A stretch of 64,000 nucleotides of DNA from an uncultured SAR86 cluster bacterium (GCA_902541175.1 CACBPP010000004.1:6661-70660); one strand, 5' to 3'. Positions 9,454 through 19,373 are shown, counted from the stretch's first letter. Made by a program: numbers and translations. Notes: generated by a model not told the origin, from the letters alone.

Positions 9454-9676
9454 GTACGGATGGCAACCGACTAGTGACCAACTGCAGACGGGAAGCTAGA
9501 GAGAAAGCCAGACGGAGAGACCGAAGGGTGAAAGCATTTGCAAGAGTCGATGATAAAAAATAGCTTGCAGATCCACCAAGGATTCAAGAGAAAGAATCCA
9601 AGGAGCTAAAGAAAATCTCACTTTAGACCCCTGAGGAATCGATTGAAAGAAACAGAGCTAGTCTCTGTTTTTTTTT
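9454..9676 (+). ncRNA. ~220-nt structured non-coding RNA, IMES-1-like
   Basis: GC- and purine-enriched intergenic island with its own promoter and terminator (GAAACAGAG-CTAGT-CTCTGTTT, T tract). Stems TGCAAG/CTTGCA, GGATTC/GAATCC, GGTG/CACC, CTCA/TGAG. Segments ACCAACTGCAGACGGGA and AATCTCACTTTAGACCCCTGAGGA resemble the marine IMES-1 motif as I recall it; not verified by search. Confidence 0.7.
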
Positions 9677-9716
9677 GCCTTGCAAAATGTCATTTATTCA
9701 TTAATATCGTCATGTT

Positions 9717-11126
9717 ATGGCTTTTACAAGAACAAAAATAATTTGCACTATTGGACCACAAAGCTCTAATAAGGCAACATTATGTAAACTTCATTCAGCT
9801 GGTATGAATGTTGCCAGGATTAATATGTCCCACGCAACTCATAAAAATGCAAAAGAGATTATAGATATAATTAAAAGTATTAATGAGACCAAAAATAGTA
9901 AGTTATCTAACATTGGTATATTGCTTGATACTCAAGGTCCAGAAATAAGAACAGGTGATACCTCTCTTCCAATTAATCTCAAAGTTGGTGACAAAGTTAC
10001 ATTAACTGTTCGTGATGAAGTCGACGTAGAAACCTCATCTATAAAGGTCAATTACAAAGGTCTTGTTCATAGTGTTGATGTTGGCTCAAGGATTTCTGTT
10101 GATAATGGATTGATTAGTTTTAGAGTTCTTTCAAAAGAATCAGATAATTTAGTTTGTAAAGTAATTCACGGAGGAAAGGTAGGCTCAAAAAGACATGTAA
10201 ATTTGCCAGGCGTAAGATTAGATATGCCTTCAATAACTTCAAAAGATATGAAAGACATTACCTTTGGAATTAAAAATAATGTAGATTTTATTGCTGCTTC
10301 ATTTGTCAGAAATAAAAAAGACCTTAAGATATTAGAAGACCTTCTTCTTAAACAAAAATCAGAGTCAAAAATCATAGCTAAAATTGAAAATCAAGAGGGA
10401 TTAGATAATATTGATGAAATTTGTGAATCTGCTTGGGGCATCATGGTCGCAAGAGGTGATTTAGGTATTGAAACTAGTCTTACAGACTTACCAAATATTC
10501 AAAGAAAAATAATGCATTCTTGTGCAAAAAGGGGCAAAAGATCTATTGTTGCTACTCATTTGCTTGAATCAATGATACAAAATCCAACACCAACAAGAGC
10601 AGAGGTTACTGATGTTGCAAATGCTGTATATGAAGGTGCTGACGCCATAATGTTATCTGGAGAAACTAGTATTGGTAAATATCCAGTTGAATGTGTGAAA
10701 TATTTAAAATCAATATCTAAAAGAACAGAAAAATTTCAAACTTTAGAATATGAAAAAGAACTCATAAGAAACTCAGATTGGGAGTCAATTGCTGTTGCTG
10801 CTAGAGACTTAAGTGAGTCTATAAAGGCTGATGGAATAATTGCTGTTACAAGAACTGGATCAACTGCTGGTTATATATCAAACGCAAAACCAAAAGATAT
10901 TCCAATCTATACATTTACCAACAATAACAACACATTAAATCAATTGTCTTTAGTGGGCTCAGTCATTCCTTTCTATTTAAAGAGATTAAATAATCATAAA
11001 AAGACTCTTGAGCATGTTAAGGATGTACTAAAACCATTACATAGAAAAAAGAAATTAAAATTTGTTATGGTTTCTGGCATATTCTCTGAGAAACATTCAG
11101 AGGCAATTCAAATAATTAATTTTTAG
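9717..11126 (+). CDS. pyk: Pyruvate kinase
   Basis: RTKIICTIGP, ARINMSH, LLDTQGPEIRTG, IIAKIEN, MVARGDLG, PTRAEVTDVANAVYEGADAIMLSGET. Confidence 0.97.
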   Translation: MAFTRTKIICTIGPQSSNKATLCKLHSAGMNVARINMSHATHKNAKEIIDIIKSINETKNSKLSNIGILLDTQGPEIRTGDTSLPINLKVGDKVTLTVRDEVDVETSSIKVNYKGLVHSVDVGSRISVDNGLISFRVLSKESDNLVCKVIHGGKVGSKRHVNLPGVRLDMPSITSKDMKDITFGIKNNVDFIAASFVRNKKDLKILEDLLLKQKSESKIIAKIENQEGLDNIDEICESAWGIMVARGDLGIETSLTDLPNIQRKIMHSCAKRGKRSIVATHLLESMIQNPTPTRAEVTDVANAVYEGADAIMLSGETSIGKYPVECVKYLKSISKRTEKFQTLEYEKELIRNSDWESIAVAARDLSESIKADGIIAVTRTGSTAGYISNAKPKDIPIYTFTNNNNTLNQLSLVGSVIPFYLKRLNNHKKTLEHVKDVLKPLHRKKKLKFVMVSGIFSEKHSEAIQIINF

Positions 11127-11176
11127 ATAATTTTTTTACTAATAAATTGTTACAATAAGCATACACATCATATTAA

Positions 11177-12751
11177 TTGGGGATCATGTTTTACACTTTA
11201 GATTGGATAATCATTGGGCTTTATTGTATCGGTATAATTTCACTTGCCACTTATGTTTCTAGAAAAAAATCTGGATCTGAAAGAAGTGCTGAAGATTATT
11301 TTCTTGCAGGAAGATCTCTACCATGGTGGGCTATAGGTGCTTCACTAATTGCAGCAAATATATCTGCAGAGCAAATTATTGGAATGTCAGGTCAAGGTTT
11401 TGTGGTTGGAATGGCAATAGCAGTTTGGGAGTTAACCGCAGCAATTGCTTTAATAGTGATGGCTAAATTTTTCTTACCGCTTTTCTTGGAAAGGAAAATA
11501 TATACGATGCCACAATTTTTGGAACAAAGATTTGATAAGAGAGTAAGCTTGGTTTTGTCATTTTTCTGGTTAACTGTATACATTTTTGTAAACCTTACAG
11601 CGGTACTTTGGCTTGGTTCACTGGCGATAAATACTTTGACAGGAATGTCATTAGTAAATGGAATGATTCTTCTTGCATTTTTATCGCTTGCATACTCACT
11701 TTCAGGTGGATTAAAGGCAGTAGCAATGACTGATATAGTTCAAGTAGTTTTGTTGATCTTTGGCGGATTAGCAGTGTCATATATTGCTTTGACTAAAATT
11801 GGTGATGGAAATATTGCAACCGGAATGGTTCAAGTCTATCAACAGATGCCAGAAAAATTTGACATGATATTGTCTCCTGATAATCCTTCGTACAATAACT
11901 TACCAGGGATATGGATTCTAATTGGTGCAGGAGTTTGGATCGGACATTTTGCATATTGGGGGTTTAATCAATATATCACTCAAAGAGCTCTTGGAGCTAA
12001 ATCTCTTAAAGAAGCTCAAAAAGGAGTCATGTTTGCAGCTTATTTAAAACTTTTAATGCCATTAGTTATAGTCTTACCAGGAATATGTGCCGCAATTCTA
12101 TTTCCGGTTTTAGATAAAACCGATCAAGCATATCCAACTATGATGATTGAGCTACTACCAAGTGGTTTATTAGGATTAACTTTTGCTGCACTAATCGCTG
12201 CAATAGTTTCTTCATTAGCATCTATGACAAATAGCATTAGTACTATTTTTACAATGGATATCTGTAGATCATTTTCAAAAAATGAAATTCAACAGCAATC
12301 TTTAATATTAATTGGAAGAAGTGCTGTGGTTGGATCTATGCTAATAGCGCTAGTAATGGCAAAACCCATCTTAGGAAACTCTGATCAAATTTTTCAATAT
12401 ATACAAAATTTTACTGGATTATTTACACCTGGAATACTTGTAATATTTCTTGTGGCTTTATTTTGGAAAAAAGCTACAACTCTCTCAGTTCTTGTGGCTG
12501 CAGTTCTTTCAGTTGTAATGTCTATATTTATCCAAGCATCCTTTCCAGATTTCCCATATATTCATAGAATGGGTGTTGTTTTCTTTACTTCAGGAATGGG
12601 ATGTTATTTAACATCATTGGCTCAAGGGTATTTAGATCAAGAAAAAGCTATTGACTTAAACGGAATAAATTTTAAAACATCAAAGGCATTTAATGTTAAT
12701 AGTTTAATTATTGTAAGTATTCTTACTTTGATTTATGTAACTTTAGGGTAA
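11177..12751 (+). CDS. Sodium/sugar symporter (SSS family, vSGLT-like)
   Basis: DYFLAGRSLPWWAIGASLIAANISAEQIIGMSG, YWGFNQYITQRALGA, many TM helices. Start could be ATG 11186. Confidence 0.92.
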   Translation: MGIMFYTLDWIIIGLYCIGIISLATYVSRKKSGSERSAEDYFLAGRSLPWWAIGASLIAANISAEQIIGMSGQGFVVGMAIAVWELTAAIALIVMAKFFLPLFLERKIYTMPQFLEQRFDKRVSLVLSFFWLTVYIFVNLTAVLWLGSLAINTLTGMSLVNGMILLAFLSLAYSLSGGLKAVAMTDIVQVVLLIFGGLAVSYIALTKIGDGNIATGMVQVYQQMPEKFDMILSPDNPSYNNLPGIWILIGAGVWIGHFAYWGFNQYITQRALGAKSLKEAQKGVMFAAYLKLLMPLVIVLPGICAAILFPVLDKTDQAYPTMMIELLPSGLLGLTFAALIAAIVSSLASMTNSISTIFTMDICRSFSKNEIQQQSLILIGRSAVVGSMLIALVMAKPILGNSDQIFQYIQNFTGLFTPGILVIFLVALFWKKATTLSVLVAAVLSVVMSIFIQASFPDFPYIHRMGVVFFTSGMGCYLTSLAQGYLDQEKAIDLNGINFKTSKAFNVNSLIIVSILTLIYVTLG

Positions 12752-12757
12752 GCATTT

Positions 12758-14629
12758 ATGAAAAAAATATTACTATTAATTTTCTTAAATTCGTATATTG
12801 TTGCTGATGTTGATTGGTCAAATACTAATGAGTGTGAACTTCCCGATTATTCATCCTTTGTAAATAAAATTGTTAATGAAATGACCTTGAAACAAAAAGT
12901 CGGTCAAATAATAATGCCTGAGATTAATAGTATTTCACCGGCTCAAGTAAAGAAATTTCAACTAGGTACCATTCTTAATGGCGGTGGCGGATTTCCAAAT
13001 CAAAATAAAAATAGCGATATTCAGGATTGGAAAGACTTAAGTGAAAGCTACTATGATGCATCTCCAGAGGTTAGTGGTATTAAGATACCAATTCTGTGGG
13101 GAACAGATGCCGTTCATGGCCATAATAATGTTATTGGCGCTACGATTTTTCCTCATAATATTGGCCTTGGATCTACAAGAAATCCTAATTTGATAAAAGA
13201 GATTGGAAGTGCTGTTGCAAAAGAAGTTGCGTCCACTGGAATTATATGGACTTTTGCTCCAACAATTGCTGTACCTCAGAATGATACATGGGGTAGAACT
13301 TACGAAGGATACTCTGAAAACTATAATTTAGTGTCTGAATTGGGATCAAACTTTATACTTGGTTTACAGGGCGAAGGAGATTCATTCCTAGGTAAAAATA
13401 ATGTTTTAGCTACCGCAAAACATTTTTTAGGTGATGGCGGAACCTATCAAGGAATTGATCAAGGCAATACAATAATTTCAGAATCAAAACTTAAAGAGGT
13501 TCACGGTACTCCATATTATGATGCCATTGATTCATGTGCACTTTCAATAATGGCAAGTTTTAACTCTTGGAATGGCAAAAAGCTTCATGGTGATAGATAT
13601 TTATTAACAGAAATTTTAAAAACTCAAATGGAATTTGATGGTTTTATAGTTGGTGACTGGAATGGGCATGGACAGATACCAGGTTGTGAGGATGCAAACT
13701 GTCCTCAAGCATTAAATGCTGGTGTTGATATATTTATGGTTCCTACAGAATGGGAGCCTCTTTATTGGAATACTCTTGATCAGGTTAAGAAAGGAATAAT
13801 TCCAATAGAAAGACTCAATGATGCAGTTTCACGAATTTTAAAAGTCAAAAAACATCTTGGGCTTTTTGATAATAGAGTGCCTCATGCCTACAAAGAGAAT
13901 TATATTGGAAATTCAGATCATAGAAATCTTGCACGACAAGCAGTAAGAGAGTCTATAGTGCTGTTAAAAAATAATGATGTCCTTCCTATGAACCCAAAGA
14001 AGAGTTTTTTAATAATTGGAGATCAATCCAAAAAAATCGAGAATCAAATGGGTGGCTGGACCATAACGTGGCAAGGAAAAAGCTGGGAGGGAGTTTCACT
14101 TTCTAACGAAGACTTTCCTAATACTAACAGTATTTATGAGTCTTTATCTCAACATATTCTAAATCTTGGTGGTAACGTTGAGTTTTCGAGTGACGGCTCA
14201 TACTCACAAAAACCTGATTATGTAATTTTTGTATATGGTGAAACTCCATATGCTGAGGGAGAAGGAGATATTGATGAACTTAATTTTTCAAATACCAATA
14301 AAGATTTAATTAAACTCTTAAAAGATTTTAGGAAAAATAATATCTCAACAATTTCGTTATTTTTAACAGGAAGACCTTTAATTACAGATAAAGAAATCAA
14401 ATACTCTGACTCTTTTGTATCCATTTGGTTGCCAGGAACAGCAGTTGAGGGAATGAATGACGTTATCTTTAGCAATCTTGATGGATCTATTAATTATGAC
14501 TTTAAAGGTAAGTTATCATTTTCTTGGCCAAGCACTTCTTCGAATAACCCATTGAATTTTAACGATAAGAATTATTCTCCAAAATTTGAATATGGGTATG
14601 GATTAACATACAAAGAAACAAATGAATAG
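12758..14629 (+). CDS. Exported GH3 beta-glucosidase / exo-beta-glucanase
   Basis: Signal peptide; GTDAVHGHNN, FPHNIGLG, WGRTYEG, AKHFLGDG, nucleophile VGDWNG, GETPYAEG. Confidence 0.93.
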   Translation: MKKILLLIFLNSYIVADVDWSNTNECELPDYSSFVNKIVNEMTLKQKVGQIIMPEINSISPAQVKKFQLGTILNGGGGFPNQNKNSDIQDWKDLSESYYDASPEVSGIKIPILWGTDAVHGHNNVIGATIFPHNIGLGSTRNPNLIKEIGSAVAKEVASTGIIWTFAPTIAVPQNDTWGRTYEGYSENYNLVSELGSNFILGLQGEGDSFLGKNNVLATAKHFLGDGGTYQGIDQGNTIISESKLKEVHGTPYYDAIDSCALSIMASFNSWNGKKLHGDRYLLTEILKTQMEFDGFIVGDWNGHGQIPGCEDANCPQALNAGVDIFMVPTEWEPLYWNTLDQVKKGIIPIERLNDAVSRILKVKKHLGLFDNRVPHAYKENYIGNSDHRNLARQAVRESIVLLKNNDVLPMNPKKSFLIIGDQSKKIENQMGGWTITWQGKSWEGVSLSNEDFPNTNSIYESLSQHILNLGGNVEFSSDGSYSQKPDYVIFVYGETPYAEGEGDIDELNFSNTNKDLIKLLKDFRKNNISTISLFLTGRPLITDKEIKYSDSFVSIWLPGTAVEGMNDVIFSNLDGSINYDFKGKLSFSWPSTSSNNPLNFNDKNYSPKFEYGYGLTYKETNE

Positions 14630-15530
14630 AGGGCTCTTAGTTGATATTGGTGGTACCAATATGAGATATGCTATTGCCTCAAATGACCATGATGATCTTT
14701 CAAAAATTAATAAAATAGAATTTGATACATTAGATTTTGAAACTTTTCTCAATAAATTAGTTGTTGATAATGAAATTGATACATTAATCATTTCTGTTGC
14801 AGGTCCAAAAATAAACAACTCAATTAAAATGACCAACAGAGATTATTCAATAAATTCAGATGAAATAAAAAAAAGTTTAAATCTTAAAGAATGCATAGTG
14901 CTAAATGATTGGGAAGCCATTGCTCATAGTTATGAATATATCTCTAGTGAAATTGAGACATTAAAAGATGGATCTATATTCAATAGCACAAAACTTTTTT
15001 TAGGTCCTGGAACGGGCTTGGGAGCGGCTGTATCCATAGGTGAAATTGTTTTTCCAACTGAAATAGGGAACACGCTTAATCCAAGCCTAAAATTGCAACG
15101 TAATTATGATATTCAAAACGATAGTCTTTTGGTGCTTGAGGATCTTGTTTCAGGTACAGCAATATCAAAGATATATGAATTAAAAACTAATAAAAAATTA
15201 TCTTCTGAGATGGTATATAAGAAATTTAAAGAAAATGATGAAATTGCTACAAAAGTAATAAATGGTTTCATTAAATCTCTTGCAGAAACTTTATCAGATA
15301 TAGCTTTAACATTTTTACCTGGTGAGGGTATTTTTCTTGCAGGAAACTTAATTCGTAATCTTTATAAAGACATAAATAAAAATCATTTTAATAATACTTT
15401 TGTTGGAAACAGAAAAGATACTCATAAAAATATTTTGGATATGATATCTATTAATGTGATTATGAAAGAAAGAACTCCTTTGTATGGAAATCTTAAATTA
15501 TTTAAGAATATTTCAAAAGATTGTGTATAA
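14622..15530 (+). CDS. glk: Glucokinase
   Basis: VDIGGTNMR, LNDWEA, GPGTGLG, EDLVSG. Confidence 0.85.
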   Translation: MNRGLLVDIGGTNMRYAIASNDHDDLSKINKIEFDTLDFETFLNKLVVDNEIDTLIISVAGPKINNSIKMTNRDYSINSDEIKKSLNLKECIVLNDWEAIAHSYEYISSEIETLKDGSIFNSTKLFLGPGTGLGAAVSIGEIVFPTEIGNTLNPSLKLQRNYDIQNDSLLVLEDLVSGTAISKIYELKTNKKLSSEMVYKKFKENDEIATKVINGFIKSLAETLSDIALTFLPGEGIFLAGNLIRNLYKDINKNHFNNTFVGNRKDTHKNILDMISINVIMKERTPLYGNLKLFKNISKDCV

Positions 15531-15542
15531 TCTTCACCCATA

Positions 15543-15737
15543 ATGGCAGATAAAAAACAAACTAAAGTATATTTAATACCTGAGGATGAAACACGCGATA
15601 GTCATACCTATCACTACACAGCCATTAAAACCAGAAAGTTTACTCTTGAAAATAAAAAGATGAGGCTAAAAAAATTCAATCCTGTAAAAAGAGTTCACGA
15701 ATGGTTTGTTGAAGCTAAATTACCGCCTCACAATTAA
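15543..15737 (+). CDS. rpmG: 50S ribosomal protein L33, Cys-less divergent form
   Basis: Basic 64-aa protein: YHYTAIK...KMRLKKFNPVKRVHEWFVEAK. Confidence 0.8.
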   Translation: MADKKQTKVYLIPEDETRDSHTYHYTAIKTRKFTLENKKMRLKKFNPVKRVHEWFVEAKLPPHN

Positions 15738-16840
15738 TTATTTGTTAATCTTATTTCTGTCGAAGAAATATCATCCCTGAACATTTCTTCATCAATTCCA
15801 GTACATCTATCGGCAATAATTTCTGGAACTTTTAAGTTGTTAAGTGAAATAAATTTTTTATTAATTTTTCTTCCAAATACTAGAAAATTTATGTTGTGAT
15901 CATTAAACCTTTGAATATGATTCATCATATCTTTATAGTTTTTATAAAATTTCTCATCGAATACTCTCATCAAAGTATCCGCTCCAATTATAAATACTGA
16001 ATTTGGAAACATTTCAGCTTTTTCACTAAATCTCCCAGCAGATGTGAGCATCCAACTTTCATCATTTTGAAATTGATCAAGAGTTCTTTTTATTTCATAA
16101 AATGTTAATGGCGGCTTATCAGCGTTGTTAGCACAAATTTCAAATGTAGTATGCATACCTGTTTTTTTTTCAGCTAATTCTTTCATTTTTATGTGTCCCT
16201 CATGAAGAGGGTTAAATGAACCAGGAAATATCAGCTCTGGGTTGCTCTTATTATTTGATATGAATCCTACTTTGTTATTAAATAATTTTACCCATGATTT
16301 TTCTGCAGTAACTTTTTTTATTAATATATCTTCATCAATATCAGGAATACTAAATTCAAAACCACATGAGTCTGCTAATAGACCAATAACACATGCAGTG
16401 ATAAGTTCTTCCTCTTCTTCTCTTGTTCTTTTACCTTTATCTAAATAGCATTCAAGATATTTTGTATAGTTATATGCTTGAACAACAATAAAAAACTTAT
16501 GATCTCCTTTTTTTTCATAAGTTGTTGCAAGATTAGCAGTAATAGAAATCCCCAAGAGATGTTTTGTTTTTGAAGTTGTATCAATTTGTTTAGACTTCTT
16601 AAAAGCGTTTGCTGCCATATTCAAACAAGTATCTAAAGAACAATAATGATCAGGTTTTTTGTTTAAAAAAGAGTTCATAGATTCCTTTGAGTAGGGTATA
16701 TGTGATTCAAGAATAGTATTACTTGCTCCTGGAACTTCTAACAGAGCTGATATTGCATTAGTCCCACCTCCGCTTGATACAATTGTAAGCTTGTAGGGAG
16801 ATTTATGAACTTCGTTAACGATGTCTAAATATTTTTTCAA
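15734..16840 (-). CDS. CinA/PncC-like domain fused to an HxGH nucleotidyltransferase (NadD-like)
   Basis: N-terminal VPGASNTILE...MA (CinA C-terminal-like); C-terminal FPGSFNPLHEGH, IIGADT, ISSTEIR. Confidence 0.7.
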   Translation of the reverse strand: MKKYLDIVNEVHKSPYKLTIVSSGGGTNAISALLEVPGASNTILESHIPYSKESMNSFLNKKPDHYCSLDTCLNMAANAFKKSKQIDTTSKTKHLLGISITANLATTYEKKGDHKFFIVVQAYNYTKYLECYLDKGKRTREEEEELITACVIGLLADSCGFEFSIPDIDEDILIKKVTAEKSWVKLFNNKVGFISNNKSNPELIFPGSFNPLHEGHIKMKELAEKKTGMHTTFEICANNADKPPLTFYEIKRTLDQFQNDESWMLTSAGRFSEKAEMFPNSVFIIGADTLMRVFDEKFYKNYKDMMNHIQRFNDHNINFLVFGRKINKKFISLNNLKVPEIIADRCTGIDEEMFRDDISSTEIRLTNN

Positions 16841-16902
16841 TTATCTTCGCTTAAATATATTTATTTTAACCCAATATTAATAATTCATTGTTAGAATAAA
16901 TC

Positions 16903-17757
16903 ATGCTCTCAAAAAAAAGCGTAATTTATTTTCTATTTCTATTTTTTTCATGTGAATTTTTATCTGATTCTGTAGAAAAAGTCACTTATGCGTCATGGAG
17001 TAAACCTGATGTAGAAATGTTGTATGTTCTTCCAAAGAAAATTAATGAAAATACAAAAGTGTTATTTATTATTCATGGAAATTCTCGAGATGTTGAAAAA
17101 TATCTCAATAAGTGGATAGAGCCATCTAAAGATAAAAATGTAATTTTAGTGGCACCATATTTTGATAATATTAGTTATCCAAATTTTGCAACACTTCAAA
17201 TGGCAACATCTTCTGGCAAAATTTTAAAGGACCAATCAAATAACTTAAAAAACTCACTATCTTCATTTTTCTCATATTTCAAAAGTAAATACAACCTGAG
17301 TACTACATCATATTCAATATTTGGATTCTCAGCTGGATCTCAATTTACTCACAGGTATATGCTATTTAGCGATGATAAACAAATTGATAAAGTTGTTCTT
17401 GGAAGTGCGGGGTGGTATACATTTCTAAATAATGAGCCATTTCCATATGGCATGAGAAATATGCCTATTGAAAGAGAGAGATATGAATGGTTTTTATCAA
17501 GACAAGTTCTTTTTATACTTGGTGCTAAAGATAATGATCCAAATCATGAATCACTAAATAATAGCAGAGGCGCAAGAAAACAAGGTTCAAATAGATTTGA
17601 TAGAGGAGCCAGCTATTTTAAAAATATAGTTAGTTATAGTGAAAAAAATAAGATTCCGTTAAGATGGCGCTATAAAGTCATTTCTAATTTAGACCATAAC
17701 ATATCAATTATCTCTCAAAATGCTATACAATTCTTGCTTGAGGATCTTGATTACTAG
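16903..17757 (+). CDS. Exported alpha/beta hydrolase
   Basis: Signal peptide, IIHGNSR, nucleophile elbow FGFSAGSQF. Confidence 0.75.
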   Translation: MLSKKSVIYFLFLFFSCEFLSDSVEKVTYASWSKPDVEMLYVLPKKINENTKVLFIIHGNSRDVEKYLNKWIEPSKDKNVILVAPYFDNISYPNFATLQMATSSGKILKDQSNNLKNSLSSFFSYFKSKYNLSTTSYSIFGFSAGSQFTHRYMLFSDDKQIDKVVLGSAGWYTFLNNEPFPYGMRNMPIERERYEWFLSRQVLFILGAKDNDPNHESLNNSRGARKQGSNRFDRGASYFKNIVSYSEKNKIPLRWRYKVISNLDHNISIISQNAIQFLLEDLDY

Positions 17758-17759
17758 CT

Positions 17760-19256
17760 TTAAATTGTATTTTCTTTAATAAATATCTCTGCTTTTTTAA
17801 ATATATCTTTTTTTCTTTCTTTATTCATTTTTTCTAAGGATCTAGTCATAACTGCTAATCTAGGATTGGATTTAAAAAAGTTAATATTTTTTTCAACAAA
17901 TCTCCAATATAAACCATCTACCGTATCGCACCATTCGTCTTTTTTGTAATTAGACATTTTAAGCATATAACTTGATCCACAAATGTAAGGTTTGGTGGAA
18001 AATATTCCACCATCAGCATATGAACCCATACCATATACATTAGGAACCATAACCCAATCGTATGAATCGATATACATTTCCATAAACCATCTATACATTT
18101 CATTAGGGTTAATGCCAGTAAGATTCATAAGATTTGCAATGATCATTAATCTATTTATGTGATGAGTATAAGCAAATTTGCTTGATTCAGTTATTGCATC
18201 ATCAAGGGGAGGGATGCCAGTAGTTCCTTCATACCAGTTAGAATTTAACTTACCTTTATGAGACCAAAAGTTAAGATTTTTATACTTGGGCATATTTTCC
18301 CAATACACACCCTTAATAAACTCTCTCCATCCTAATACTTGTCTTATAAAACCCTCAACAGAATTTATTGGAATTTCTCCGTTCGATTCGTAATATTTTT
18401 TTTCTGCTTTTTTAATACAAATTTTTGGATCAAGGAGGCCACAATTAAGATAAGGTGATAATAAAGAGTGAAACATAAAAGTGTTTTCTTTATTTATCGC
18501 ATCTTGAAATGATCCATAATTTAAAAGATATCTTTCAATGAAGTCATCTAACAAATCTTCAGCTTCTTCATGAGTAGTAGCCCAATTAAAGTTTTCCAAG
18601 GCACCAATTGATTTTGGAAAACACTCCTCTACATCAACCATGGCATCAAAAGTTATTTGATCAGGTATTAATTTTTTTCTTTCAGGAATATCTGACTTAA
18701 GCTGCTTGATTCCCTTTCTATTATCTTTATCGAAATTCCATTTATCTCCAATAGGCTTGCCTTCCTCATTCATAAATATATCGTATTTTTTTCTTAACCA
18801 ACGATAGTAATATTCTTGTATTCTCGTTTTTTTATCTGATGCCCAATCAGTAAAATCCTCTACATTTGAAATAAATTTTTTATCTTCTAAAATTTCTAAT
18901 TCGATATTGTTTGATTGTGAAAAAAATAAAAGGTCTTTATAAATCTTAAAATCTGATGGCTTTGATACCATAATTTTATTTATATTGTTTTTATCAACAA
19001 TTTTAAATAACGCATCTTTAAAGTTTTGGTTATTTTTTTTAGTAACTTTATGATGAATGATATTGGTATGTTTAACTTTTGTTACTAACTTTCTAAGAGA
19101 TGATATTAGAAGTGTAATTTTATGTTTATGATGCCTTATCTCATAAAAAGTATCTAATGGCTCATAAAATAATAAAAAATCATCTTTATTTAGGTTATTT
19201 AAAGCTAAATTTGTTAATGATAATTGATCTGCAAAAATAATTCTTAAAACTTTCAT
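17760..19256 (-). CDS. Cryptochrome/photolyase family protein, PhrB/(6-4)-photolyase type
   Basis: FADQL, HHKHKI, KWNFDKDNRK, FHSLLSPYLNCGLL, EGFIRQVLGWREF, HHINRLM, DSYDWV, KPY. Confidence 0.92.
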   Translation of the reverse strand: MKVLRIIFADQLSLTNLALNNLNKDDFLLFYEPLDTFYEIRHHKHKITLLISSLRKLVTKVKHTNIIHHKVTKKNNQNFKDALFKIVDKNNINKIMVSKPSDFKIYKDLLFFSQSNNIELEILEDKKFISNVEDFTDWASDKKTRIQEYYYRWLRKKYDIFMNEEGKPIGDKWNFDKDNRKGIKQLKSDIPERKKLIPDQITFDAMVDVEECFPKSIGALENFNWATTHEEAEDLLDDFIERYLLNYGSFQDAINKENTFMFHSLLSPYLNCGLLDPKICIKKAEKKYYESNGEIPINSVEGFIRQVLGWREFIKGVYWENMPKYKNLNFWSHKGKLNSNWYEGTTGIPPLDDAITESSKFAYTHHINRLMIIANLMNLTGINPNEMYRWFMEMYIDSYDWVMVPNVYGMGSYADGGIFSTKPYICGSSYMLKMSNYKKDEWCDTVDGLYWRFVEKNINFFKSNPRLAVMTRSLEKMNKERKKDIFKKAEIFIKENTI

Positions 19257-19312
19257 TTTTTATAAAAGGGGTTGGTAAAGATATTCTATAAAACAAAATA
19301 TACAAGAACAAG

Positions 19313-19373
19313 TTTGACATTTATGTTACATTTATGTAACATAATTTACATATATGTCACACATTTGACACAT
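19313..19373. promoter_or_regulatory. Array of 11-bp-period direct repeats / palindrome (Pho-box-like OmpR-family site)
   Basis: ACAT at 19317, 19328 and 19339. Minus strand reads ATGTTACATAA-ATGTAACATAA-ATGTCAA. Perfect palindrome ATGTTACAT-TT-ATGTAACAT at 19323-19342. Confidence 0.6.

Noticed and set aside
9454-9676. Riboswitch or attenuator controlling pyk, or tmRNA/RNase P/SRP/6S
   Set aside because: No recognisable aptamer or hallmark motifs of those RNAs, and a separate TTGCAA promoter-like element follows the terminator. Not fully excluded without Infernal.
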